DNA of 16,478 nt from a virus (taxonomy: Duplodnaviria; Heunggongvirae; Uroviricota; Caudoviricetes). The notes beneath the pieces were generated by a model. The model was not told where the DNA came from and ran no database searches. It saw nothing but the letters and a program-made list of their open reading frames with translations. Of the stretch, positions 1 through 6,946 are shown piece by piece. Each line of letters starts with the position of its first letter. The first letter of the stretch is position 1. Made by a program: the position numbers and the translations under genes. The DNA lies in IMG/VR virus record IMGVR_UViG_2526164601_000013; one strand, written 5' to 3'.

Positions 1-211
1 TCAGATAGTTGATAGCCTTTTGTTTGTCGTTCTGGCTGAGTTCATGCTTACCGCAGAATGCAGCCATTCCGAATCCGGCTTGTGATTGCGCCATCCCCAT
101 AGCAGCCATCACATCAGTACCGGAAAGAGAGTCAGAAGCCGTAGCCCGTGGTGAGTCACTCATCATCGGGCTTTTTGGCGAATGAAATTTAGCTACGCTT
201 TCGAGTCTCAT
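1..211 (-). CDS. Q: Antitermination protein Q, lambda type; N-terminal 70 codons only, 3' end lies beyond the window start
   Basis: Minus-strand ATG at 211..209 overlaps the ninH stop (ATGA). Frame stays open to position 1. Translation MRLESVAKFHSPKSPMMSDSPRATASDSLSGTDVMAAMGMAQSQAGFGMAAFCGKHELSQNDKQKAINYL matches my recollection of the lambda Q N-terminus. Position after the nin region is as in lambda. Confidence 0.75.
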   Translation of the reverse strand, partial: MRLESVAKFHSPKSPMMSDSPRATASDSLSGTDVMAAMGMAQSQAGFGMAAFCGKHELSQNDKQKAINYL

Positions 212-396
212 CGTCTTCCCTTTTTGCCTGGCGTGACCATCAGGACGCCGTTAACTATTACGTGACGCTCGCCTTTGCTGTCTCGGTTGTACTTGAGCAC
301 TGTTCCTCTTGCGCAGGAAAGCATCCTTGCCACTTCGGTCTGATTTCCTCGTGTCTGGATAAGAAGCTCTGGTATCGTTTGAATTGTGGCGTTCAT
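208..396 (-). CDS. ninH: NinH-like small DNA-binding protein (Fis-like HTH)
   Basis: Track ORF, 62 aa. GNQTEVARMLSCARGTVLKY HTH motif. Sits directly upstream of Q as ninH does in lambdoid phages. Confidence 0.6.
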   Translation of the reverse strand: MNATIQTIPELLIQTRGNQTEVARMLSCARGTVLKYNRDSKGERHVIVNGVLMVTPGKKGRR

Positions 397-755
397 ACGT
401 TCTCCAGTTCGGTGATTTTTATTCCAAGCCTTCCGCCTGGTACTTTCACTCCACGAATTACGCGAATGTCATCGAATTGCTCGTCGTCTTCCGCAAATCC
501 GGCGTGGATAAGTGAGTCGAGTAAACCTTTCAGGATGTTATCGAGGTCGCGGCGGCGGGAGTCTGGAACGTCTGCGATTACTTTGATGCGGAGTCGTGAT
601 TTGGTGAAAATGTCTAACTTGAGTTGGCGGATGATTTTCTGAACGTCTTTTCGGTATTTCTGGCCTTTATCGCTGATGTAGTATTGGCTTCCCCGTCTTC
701 GCCAGTAGGTATTCACCGACGGCGGGTATGGAAGCACAAACTGATATTCGTTCAT
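393..755 (-). CDS. rusA: Holliday junction resolvase RusA
   Basis: Track ORF, 120 aa. LPYPPSVNTYW and DSRRRDLDNILK motifs are characteristic of the RusA family. 4-nt overlap with ninH. Confidence 0.85.
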   Translation of the reverse strand: MNEYQFVLPYPPSVNTYWRRRGSQYYISDKGQKYRKDVQKIIRQLKLDIFTKSRLRIKVIADVPDSRRRDLDNILKGLLDSLIHAGFAEDDEQFDDIRVIRGVKVPGGRLGIKITELENV

Positions 756-1042
756 GGCTTAATCTTCCCCTCCTTCAGCAGTATCGCCTGCGTCCTGATC
801 ACGCCTTCGAGGTGGTAAAGTCTGGCGTCTTTGTTGTCGAGGTTATGGGTGCGTCGGTCGATTTCATCGTGACACGCGCTACAAGCCCATGCGCCGATCA
901 GGTCGTCAGGCTTCATTCCCGTTCCGCAAATTCCAGCCATCCGGTAATGTGCCAGAACTGTAGTTTCAGGATTGCCATTGCATATGCCGTAAATACGTAC
1001 CTGGCATTCTCTGCCGCGCACTTCTTTGCGTAGGTTAGCCAT
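752..1042 (-). CDS. ybcO: YbcO-like (DUF1364) Cys-rich putative nuclease
   Basis: Track ORF, 96 aa. MANLRKEVRGRECQVR...CNGNPETTVLAHYR...ACSACHDEIDRRTH pattern resembles the prophage YbcO family. Conserved position upstream of rusA. Confidence 0.6.
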   Translation of the reverse strand: MANLRKEVRGRECQVRIYGICNGNPETTVLAHYRMAGICGTGMKPDDLIGAWACSACHDEIDRRTHNLDNKDARLYHLEGVIRTQAILLKEGKIKP

Positions 1043-1311
1043 TATGGTTCACTCCAGTAATTCTCAATTGCAGCAGCCATTCTCTGCATCCACTCAGCCA
1101 GCTTTAACGCGGCTTCTCTTTCAGAACCACATTTAGGGAAATCCTTCATTTCCATGCTGGCCTTATATGTTCTGAATGCCAGGTCTCCGGTAATAACCAG
1201 CTCCTGATCAAGCACCGAGCGTTTATTCCGGTGTTGAACGTAATAGACAGATTCAGTCCGCATTTCTTCTCTGTCTTTTTTGAAGGAAATAAGCTCAGAG
1301 AAATCACTCAT
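1042..1311 (-). CDS. Hypothetical nin-region protein (89 aa)
   Basis: Track ORF, tightly packed in the nin operon (start/stop overlap with neighbours). No family recognised. Confidence 0.45.
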   Translation of the reverse strand: MSDFSELISFKKDREEMRTESVYYVQHRNKRSVLDQELVITGDLAFRTYKASMEMKDFPKCGSEREAALKLAEWMQRMAAAIENYWSEP

Positions 1312-1480
1312 CGTCTTCTTCCTCGTACATTGAGCTATTCGGATCGCTCATCAGTTCTGCGCAGCAGTGCTCACACACGTGAACTTCCAGCACATGCAGC
1401 TTCTGACCGCAGTTAGCGCACGTTAAAGCCCGCTCGACGCTTTCTTTCTGGTATTGAAGGGATTGGGATGGGCTAAGCAT
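1304..1480 (-). CDS. ninF: NinF-like protein (58 aa, Cys-rich)
   Basis: Track ORF 1304..1537, trimmed to the internal Met so the protein starts [40 protein letters not shown], matching my recollection of lambda NinF. Confidence 0.6.
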   Translation of the reverse strand: MLSPSQSLQYQKESVERALTCANCGQKLHVLEVHVCEHCCAELMSDPNSSMYEEEDDE

Positions 1481-1880
1481 GGCTTTCACCATTAAAAAGT
1501 CGCTTGTAAGCATCAATGTCTCGTTTTGCTTCACCAAGCTTTCGTCTTAATTCCATGTTTTCTGATTCAAGCTTTTCCATGTCTTGCTGGTATCGATCGC
1601 GGTGTTCTTTCCATGCTTTTTGATACGCCTTCATGTATGTCATGTTGGCCTTTCTCTTTGCCTGACGAACTGCGTGGTGGTTTTTCACAAACCAGTCAGG
1701 GTCGTTAAATGCTGCTCTGGCGCATGTATACCAATAATTTGTTGCCTCCCTGTTTAGCCAATAAATACTGATAAATGGCAACCGGATAGACACCATTTTT
1801 CGTTGTGACTCTTTCTCGCCAAACATGTGGCCTTTTTTGATGCTAAGTCCAAATCCAGGTTGAATTAAAAGCATTGTCAT
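1473..1880 (-). CDS. Hypothetical nin-region protein (135 aa, coiled-coil C-terminus)
   Basis: Track ORF. ATGA-type overlap with the ninE stop suggests translational coupling. True start uncertain. Confidence 0.4.
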   Translation of the reverse strand: MTMLLIQPGFGLSIKKGHMFGEKESQRKMVSIRLPFISIYWLNREATNYWYTCARAAFNDPDWFVKNHHAVRQAKRKANMTYMKAYQKAWKEHRDRYQQDMEKLESENMELRRKLGEAKRDIDAYKRLFNGESHA

Positions 1881-2053
1881 TTCCTCGCACGTTCTCTAAG
1901 CCACCGGATATCCCACAGGTGAGCCGTGTAGTTGAAGGTTTTTACGTCAGATTCTTTTGGGATTGGCTTGCGTTTATTTCTGGAGCGTTTCGTTGGAAGG
2001 TATTTGCAGTTTTCGCAGATGATGTCGGTGATACTTCGTCGCTGTCGTCTCAT
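1877..2053 (-). CDS. ninE: NinE-like protein
   Basis: Track ORF 1877..2098, trimmed to internal Met 16 ([51 protein letters not shown]), matching my recollection of lambda NinE. The chosen start gives an ATGA overlap with the ninB stop. Confidence 0.65.
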   Translation of the reverse strand: MRRQRRSITDIICENCKYLPTKRSRNKRKPIPKESDVKTFNYTAHLWDIRWLRERARK

Positions 2054-2460
2054 TCGTACCTCCTGTCGGTAAATCTGACACCCTGACCAATAGCCCATGC
2101 TGTCGTGTACTCAATCAGACTTGCCATACGCTTCACACTCATCTGCGCGCTACTTTCGCGAATGTTGACGTATTCGCCTTCAAGCCCGGGCAAAACATCA
2201 GCTTCCTGTTTTGTTGCCACTGCATGACCGCTGATCAACAAAACCTTCCATTGTTCCGGTTTTAACCATTTTCCGCACCATTGAACCTGACGTGCGATAT
2301 CCGCCAACATCGCGTGAAATTTTGCGTTCTGGTCAAGGTTGCGCTTGTAGTCAGTAATGCGGATGGTAACTGGCTTGTCTTTATCGAGTGGTGTTGCGAG
2401 GATGGCGTTGATTGCGGCTTGCTGTTGTTGCTTAGTTCGGAGGAAGATTGTTTGCTTCAT
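2050..2460 (-). CDS. ninB: NinB-like recombination protein
   Basis: Track ORF, 136 aa. [26 protein letters not shown] region resembles lambda NinB (Orf family). First gene of the nin cluster. Confidence 0.8.
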   Translation of the reverse strand: MKQTIFLRTKQQQQAAINAILATPLDKDKPVTIRITDYKRNLDQNAKFHAMLADIARQVQWCGKWLKPEQWKVLLISGHAVATKQEADVLPGLEGEYVNIRESSAQMSVKRMASLIEYTTAWAIGQGVRFTDRRYE

Positions 2461-2788
2461 CGAAATTCTTCTCTTTAATTCCAGCGGCTCTGATAGCTTT
2501 CATTACTGCAATTACCGTTTTGTCACGCCCATCCTCATAACCCATCGCATAAGCACCTTCTTCACCATCTCTCCAAAAGTCGTCATTCGATTCTGGCCAG
2601 TCGATATCCAGTTCAATAGCTGCTCGCGATGCCTGCCATAAAGTCCACCACTCATTTAAGGAGTGACGAATATCCATGCTTGAAAATGCGAAGTACCTAT
2701 CACCATTTCTTGCCTCGGTTATCATCTCGAATGGTAATCTCAATTTTTTGGCAACGTATTCCTCAAACTGCTTTCTTGATTCGCCCAT
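2432..2788 (-). CDS. Hypothetical protein (about 118 aa, acidic, Trp-rich)
   Basis: Track ORF 2432..2800. Start moved to the second Met (MGESRKQ), which has a GGAGAG Shine-Dalgarno 5 nt upstream. Confidence 0.5.
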   Translation of the reverse strand: MGESRKQFEEYVAKKLRLPFEMITEARNGDRYFAFSSMDIRHSLNEWWTLWQASRAAIELDIDWPESNDDFWRDGEEGAYAMGYEDGRDKTVIAVMKAIRAAGIKEKNFDEANNLPPN

Positions 2789-2815
2789 ATCACTCTCCAT
2801 CGATGATTTTTTTGG

Positions 2816-2998
2816 TTACCAATAATATTTGATAGTCGCCATAATTATCGGTAGCAACGCGCAGACAACTGAAAACCGTAAAACAAAACCTACTCCCAAT
2901 ATGCGATATCCATTATTCCAGAGAACAAAACTCATCATCAGAAGGAATCCATGAAAAATCGCGACAAGAAATAAACTACAAATAAATGCATTTACCAT
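2816..2998 (-). CDS. Small hydrophobic protein, 60 aa, two predicted TM helices
   Basis: Track ORF. Translation is almost entirely hydrophobic (FICSLFLVAIFHGFLLMMSFVLW ... VVCALLPIIMATI). AT-rich. Weak RBS. Confidence 0.4.
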   Translation of the reverse strand: MVNAFICSLFLVAIFHGFLLMMSFVLWNNGYRILGVGFVLRFSVVCALLPIIMATIKYYW

Positions 2999-3057
2999 CG
3001 GTACTTACCCCTCGCTCTTAATCCAATAAAAAAGGGTTTGCTTCACTGAACACTCCT

Positions 3058-3249
3058 TTATTTTTTATGCCTGTAACCCCATTCTTCCAGCAACCTTGCG
3101 GCGTACCACCCAAGAAACAAAGGAAAGAACATTACAATGAGATATTCCCCGCCACGGTCAATGTTCGAAATTGACCAGATTACGATGTAACCAGTGCAGG
3201 ACAGGAATATTACAAACCCCAAAAAGCTACTTCGTCGACTCATACTCAC
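3058..3249 (-). CDS. Small membrane protein, 63 aa, two predicted TM helices
   Basis: Track ORF. Strong GAAGGAG Shine-Dalgarno upstream of the ATG. Hydrophobic segments FLGFVIFLSCTGYIVIWSI and YLIVMFFPLFLGWYAARLL. Confidence 0.5.
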   Translation of the reverse strand: MSMSRRSSFLGFVIFLSCTGYIVIWSISNIDRGGEYLIVMFFPLFLGWYAARLLEEWGYRHKK

Positions 3250-3253
3250 TCCT

Positions 3254-3469
3254 TCACTTTGATTCCAGACTCCGGATTATTCTGTTGCGCTGAAACTCAT
3301 TGTTGAGTTTGAACAACCGTCGAAGAACACGGTCACGCGGATAGCGTCGTGCAGCAGGTGAATGCTCATACAACTCATCAATCGGCAAACTGGACGATGA
3401 ACGATACCGATACCAACGCACCAACTCTTCACGAAAATTAGCCCTGACAAGCTCAGCTATCGTACTCAT
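3254..3469 (-). CDS. Hypothetical basic protein, 71 aa
   Basis: Track ORF with a GGAGG Shine-Dalgarno 7 nt upstream. First gene after the tR2-like terminator. Confidence 0.5.
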   Translation of the reverse strand: MSTIAELVRANFREELVRWYRYRSSSSLPIDELYEHSPAARRYPRDRVLRRLFKLNNEFQRNRIIRSLESK

Positions 3470-3499
3470 TTCTTAAAGCCTCCAATTCCCTCTCCCCCA

Positions 3500-3530
3500 A
3501 ATAAAAAGGCCTGCGATTACCAGCAGGCCT
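3500..3530 (-). terminator. Rho-independent terminator on the minus strand (tR2-like), between ren-like and the small-gene cluster
   Basis: Minus-strand transcript forms an 8-bp GC-rich stem (AGGCCUGC / GCAGGCCU) with an 8-nt loop, followed by UUUUAUUU. Confidence 0.55.
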
Positions 3531-3555
3531 GTTATTAGCTCAGTGATGTAGATGG

Positions 3556-3846
3556 TCATTGCCTTACTTCCATAAGCGCCCTATTAATAAACGCCGTCAT
3601 TGGATTTGCACATCCCCACCCCGTACCATCTGGATTTCTTTTAATTGGCTCCTTCTTCACTTTGCGTTTTGCATAAATAACCGTCTTCCACTTGCGCTCA
3701 ACAACACTCAAATGCCCTTGTTTCACCATATGCCTTGCTGCTTGAGCGATTCTGTTATTTGGTATTCCGGTGATCAGAGCTAATTCATGTGGGGAGAATT
3801 GTTCATGAGTTTTCAGATATTCCAGGATGATTTCTTTTCCAGTCAC
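3556..3846 (-). CDS. ren: Ren-like winged-helix DNA-binding protein
   Basis: Track ORF, 96 aa. Same size and position (just after the replication genes) as lambda ren, with an MTGKE start and an HTH-like segment. Family assignment is from memory. Confidence 0.5.
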   Translation of the reverse strand: MTGKEIILEYLKTHEQFSPHELALITGIPNNRIAQAARHMVKQGHLSVVERKWKTVIYAKRKVKKEPIKRNPDGTGWGCANPMTAFINRALMEVRQ

Positions 3847-4706
3847 AATCTGCTCCTGTAACTATCCCATGTAAACGCAAGGGTGCATCCGCCGCCATCA
3901 TTCATCCTGTCAATAACACGCTCACCAATGAATGCAGACAGTTCATCTTTGCTCTGGTTGCTAATCAGGATTGTTGGCTTCATACGCTCGTAGCGGGTGT
4001 TGATGATTTCGAACATGATCATCTTTTCCGCCTCGCTTCCAAACTGCACACCAACCTCATCGATAATTAGCAGGTCAGGTTTAGTGAACTGTCGGATCAC
4101 TTCATCCTCAGTGCGGGTGGAGTTTTTCGACCATGTTGATTTATATTCTCTGGCAATTTTCAGCGCCGTTGTGAAAATAGCTGAGCTTTGATGTTCCGTA
4201 ATTGCGTGCCGGGCGATAGCCAGTGCAAGATGATTCTTTCCAGTACCAGGCTTTCCACACATAACCAGCCCACCGCCTTTCTGTAACCTCTCAGGCCATT
4301 TGCTGGCGTATGCCTGACACACCCTGAGCACTCTCTTTGCATCGTCGTTGACTGGCTCGTAGTTCTGTAGTGTGCAACCCTTGAATCGTTCAGGAATATC
4401 AAGATTATTCAACAGAAACTCGACATTGCGCTTACGTGATTCCTCGTCGATTTTAATCTTCTCTGCCTGTAGCCGAATAAGATCATCTCTCATGCATTCC
4501 GGGCATTCGCTAGGTCTTGAAGCAAACTTAATTGGCCCAGTCGAGTAACGGTTACGCTGCTCAAACTCACCATGTTTTTCACAGATGCCAGTGCCAATTT
4601 CTACAGCTGTATGCTCGATAGCAATTGGCGGAGAACTCAATTCTGCAAGTTTTTTCTCCAGTTGGGAGATCTTTTCATCCAGCGTCATGTTCACTCCTGC
4701 GCCCAT
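3843..4706 (-). CDS. Replication protein, DnaC-type helicase loader (AAA+/IstB-like ATPase) with an N-terminal Cys-rich domain
   Basis: Track ORF, 287 aa. Walker A GKPGTGKNHLALAIA, Walker B LLIIDEVG, sensor region and ISNQS motif as in DnaC/IstB. Overlaps the O-like gene stop. Occupies the lambda P position. Confidence 0.85.
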   Translation of the reverse strand: MGAGVNMTLDEKISQLEKKLAELSSPPIAIEHTAVEIGTGICEKHGEFEQRNRYSTGPIKFASRPSECPECMRDDLIRLQAEKIKIDEESRKRNVEFLLNNLDIPERFKGCTLQNYEPVNDDAKRVLRVCQAYASKWPERLQKGGGLVMCGKPGTGKNHLALAIARHAITEHQSSAIFTTALKIAREYKSTWSKNSTRTEDEVIRQFTKPDLLIIDEVGVQFGSEAEKMIMFEIINTRYERMKPTILISNQSKDELSAFIGERVIDRMNDGGGCTLAFTWDSYRSRL

Positions 4707-5557
4707 GAAGGCATTTCAGTTTGTCCGTAATCTTTGGTGGCAAAGTTTTCCTGCATAGCTCGATGCTGCGGACTCGGTTGAGATTTCCCCTTTGGAGTCT
4801 TGGGCTCAAAAATCCCCTGCCAACCACTGGCGATGCTCTGGTTTATAATTTCTTCAGGTGTATATCCCTTCTCCAGACTTCTGCTTAGAACGTTGATAGC
4901 CTGAGTGACACTTTGCTTAGACTTGATCGACTTACCTATCTCCTTGCGATAGGTAACCCACGACAACCATGTTTCTGCCGATAACCAATCAGGCAACTCT
5001 GTTTCTAGCGGGTCGAACTTCTGAGAAACTTTTTTGGGGGATATAGGGGGTTTATTAATATTTTCTTTTGTCTTTAAAGAATGTCTTTTGTGTGTCTCTA
5101 ACTTCGAGACATTGAGTGTCTCTAACTTCGAGACATTGAGTGTCTCTAATTTGGAGACATTTTTTGTCTCTAACTTCGAGACAAAGTTGCTAACTTGGAG
5201 ACACTTGCTGAATTGCCACGCAGATACCTCCCTGTTTACACCGATTTGATTTCCATCCATAAACAGGCAATTCATTGAAATCAGTTCTTTTTTAGCCTTG
5301 TTAACATTCTGCCTTGACAGTCCTGTTAACTGAGCAATTTGCTCATCGGCTATTCGATCTGTTTTCTTATTGAAGCCATATGTTTTCCGGACGTAGGCCA
5401 GCATAACTTTCAACTGGCGAGCGGTTAAATCGGCACTTGCGATAGCTTCCAGCAGCTCGTTAGCGAATCTGGTGTAACCATCATCGATATCAGCCACTCT
5501 TCGCTCCTGTTCAACAGGTTCACTCTTCGGCAGGTAAAATACTTCAGCCAGGCTCAT
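4691..5557 (-). CDS. O: Replication initiator, lambda O-like, with iteron-encoded peptide repeats
   Basis: Track ORF 4691..5617, trimmed to Met MSLAEV, which has a GGAGG Shine-Dalgarno 7 nt upstream. N-terminal domain ERRVADIDDGYTRFANELLEA...KTYGFNKKTDRIADEQIAQLTGLS resembles lambda O. The SKLET(L/K)NV x4 repeats are encoded by the iterons. Confidence 0.85.
   Translation of the reverse strand: MSLAEVFYLPKSEPVEQERRVADIDDGYTRFANELLEAIASADLTARQLKVMLAYVRKTYGFNKKTDRIADEQIAQLTGLSRQNVNKAKKELISMNCLFMDGNQIGVNREVSAWQFSKCLQVSNFVSKLETKNVSKLETLNVSKLETLNVSKLETHKRHSLKTKENINKPPISPKKVSQKFDPLETELPDWLSAETWLSWVTYRKEIGKSIKSKQSVTQAINVLSRSLEKGYTPEEIINQSIASGWQGIFEPKTPKGKSQPSPQHRAMQENFATKDYGQTEMPSWAQE
5040..5202. 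repeat. Putative origin of replication: four 17-bp iterons with 24-bp periodicity plus a partial fifth, and an adjacent AT-rich region
   Basis: GTCTCTAACTTCGAGAC at 5094-5110, 5118-5134 and 5166-5182; variant GTCTCTAATTTGGAGAC at 5142-5158; partial copy to 5202. Each unit is itself an inverted repeat (GTCTC...GAGAC). AT-rich tract at about 5040-5093. All lie inside the O-like gene, as for ori-lambda. Confidence 0.7.
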
Positions 5558-6188
5558 TTCCAACCTCCGCATCAAAGCATTGGGCTTCAAGAGACTTAAC
5601 CATCGCCACACTGCCATCTGTATTAATAACTATCGATGAGTTATATTTGCTTATCAGTTGCTTCGCGTAATCAATTCCGGCGCGAATAAGGAAATTTTTC
5701 ACCGCAGGAAGATGACCAACTACACTACCCATACCTTGCTCTATAAGCTCATCATTAAGATCAAGCTCATTTTCATGGCGAAAAGAAATGAATGAGTCGT
5801 AAATTGCGTATTCTGCCGTCTCGCCATTTCTTTCAGGGCCAACCAGCGCCCTTATTTCATTTAGAGATTCAGAAAGCTCATTATCTTCAAGCTTGAAAAA
5901 CTCTCGATTATCACTAAGCCTCTCTTTTGCAAAGGCTTTATGAATGAGTTTTTCATCTGATGCGGGATTATTTGAATGAAAGGCTGCTATCACCTTAAAT
6001 GGCTTAGGAACGCCAGTAGAGGCTGAAATTTCTTTAGCCCTAACTTCTGGTGAATGCTTAGTCATCCCAATCTTATAAATTCCTGGCATGCACTCATTCG
6101 AAAGCACATAAACAAAGCCATTTGATTTAAAATCATCTGGCACCTTCATGCTCTTCAGAACCTGGAATTTGTCATTTTCGTATGTCAT
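5544..6188 (-). CDS. T5orf172 / GIY-YIG-like domain protein, putative nuclease (214 aa), inserted between cII and O
   Basis: Track ORF. AGGAG Shine-Dalgarno 5 nt upstream of the ATG. N-terminal segment FVYVLSNECMPGIYKIGMTKHSPEVRAKEI ... NREFF fits the GIY-YIG-like T5orf172 pattern as I recall it. The C-terminal ~110 aa are unassigned. Confidence 0.65.
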   Translation of the reverse strand: MTYENDKFQVLKSMKVPDDFKSNGFVYVLSNECMPGIYKIGMTKHSPEVRAKEISASTGVPKPFKVIAAFHSNNPASDEKLIHKAFAKERLSDNREFFKLEDNELSESLNEIRALVGPERNGETAEYAIYDSFISFRHENELDLNDELIEQGMGSVVGHLPAVKNFLIRAGIDYAKQLISKYNSSIVINTDGSVAMVKSLEAQCFDAEVGNEPG

Positions 6189-6222
6189 AATTACTCCTGT
6201 GGATTGATCCAGTCTTTCTACA

Positions 6223-6501
6223 TCAGGCCTCGAAGAATTCGCCGTTCTTCGGGGCTTTTTCTTTTGTCAGCATTCTGGCTACTTTCTTAGCCAGTTCCGC
6301 CAACTCCTCGTCTTCAACACCCCATTCAAGAACAGCCAGAAGCATTCCCATTTTTGGGATGAAGCTGTCTTTCCATCGCGAAATTTGCGATTCATTAATC
6401 CCTAACGCGTCGGCAACCTTTCGCTGACCACGTACAGCAATTCGATTCAGGATGTTGCTTGTAATTGCATTCGCTTTCTTGCGAGTACTTGTAAGTTCCA
6501 T
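6223..6501 (-). CDS. cII: Transcriptional activator cII-like
   Basis: Track ORF 6223..6588, trimmed to Met MELTSTRKK, which has an AAGGA Shine-Dalgarno. QISRWK...IPKMGMLLAVLEWGV closely resembles lambda cII (SQISRWKRDWIPKFSMLLAVLEWGV). Lies downstream of cro and nutR. Confidence 0.8.
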   Translation of the reverse strand: MELTSTRKKANAITSNILNRIAVRGQRKVADALGINESQISRWKDSFIPKMGMLLAVLEWGVEDEELAELAKKVARMLTKEKAPKNGEFFEA

Positions 6502-6559
6502 ATGTAAGTATTTCCTTAACAAATAAGAAGTTATGCGCATCAACTTATGCGCGTTGTAT

Positions 6560-6602
6560 TCCCGCATTTCGGCGGGAATGAGGACCATGACTGTTAAAGA
6601 GC
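6560..6602 (-). promoter_or_regulatory. nutR site: boxA and boxB hairpin
   Basis: Read on the minus strand: boxA GCTCTTTAACA (plus 6592-6602) and boxB hairpin TCCCGC-CGAAAT-GCGGGA (plus 6560-6577). Both elements are identical to the nutL copies. Confidence 0.65.
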
Positions 6603-6610
6603 GGTGTTAC

Positions 6611-6835
6611 TTATGCTGCCTGATTCGGTTTTGGAAACAGGTGTGGCAAATCGGGGCGAATTTCGTAAGCCTTGATCTGCCCTCCAGTGGCGTTAACGAT
6701 GGCGGTAACTTTCTCTGGAGAGACCAACCCGCCTTTCAGCCATTTGTGTACTGCTGGCTGCGTTACACCACACTTGTCGGCAAGGCGCTTTTGGCTACCG
6801 ACAATTTTCAAGGCTCGTTGAATTACTAAATTCAT
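6611..6835 (-). CDS. cro: Cro-like repressor (HTH)
   Basis: Track ORF 6611..6856, trimmed to Met MNLVIQ, which has an AAGAGG Shine-Dalgarno 6 nt upstream. HTH segment GSQKRLADKCGVTQPAVHKW. Divergent from cI across the operator region. Confidence 0.7.
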   Translation of the reverse strand: MNLVIQRALKIVGSQKRLADKCGVTQPAVHKWLKGGLVSPEKVTAIVNATGGQIKAYEIRPDLPHLFPKPNQAA

Positions 6836-6859
6836 GAGCATACCTCTTGTGGTCATTAC

Positions 6860-6946
6860 TTATAACCAAAGATAACTCAAGTTATAAAAAATAGCAATAA
6901 CCTTTGTTATTTTACTTTGGATAACCGTAGTTATAGATTTGTGGGT
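6860..6946. promoter_or_regulatory. OR operator region with divergent pR/pRM: three 14-bp palindromic operators ATAAC-N4-GTTAT
   Basis: ATAACTCAAGTTAT at 6872-6885, ATAACCTTTGTTAT at 6897-6910, ATAACCGTAGTTAT at 6921-6934, spaced 24-25 bp centre to centre, between cro and cI. Confidence 0.6.

Noticed and set aside
262-1033. Plus-strand track ORFs 262..642, 624..818 and 728..1033, lying over ninH, rusA and ybcO-like
   Set aside because: Antisense shadow ORFs inside tightly packed, homology-supported minus-strand genes. Low-complexity translations and no RBS evidence.
1231-2086. Plus-strand track ORFs 1231..1416, 1526..1708 and 1874..2086 in the nin region
   Set aside because: Antisense to nin genes that have recognisable family motifs. 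Most likely frame shadows.
2281-2832. Plus-strand track ORFs 2281..2478, 2357..2641 and 2629..2832
   Set aside because: Overlap ninB and the 118-aa gene on the opposite strand. Cys/Leu-rich low-complexity translations typical of antisense frames.
3997-4402. Track ORFs 3997..4191 (+) and 4160..4402 (-) inside the DnaC-like gene
   Set aside because: Alternative or antisense frames within a gene that has clear Walker A/B motifs. Both start at GTG/TTG with no RBS.
5034-5249. Plus-strand ORF 5034..5249 with an FETLSVSN repeat
   Set aside because: It is the antisense reading of the iteron array, so the repeat is a DNA-level artefact. The iterons were also considered as a CRISPR array and rejected: units are contiguous 24-bp iterons with no unique spacers, and they sit inside the initiator gene.
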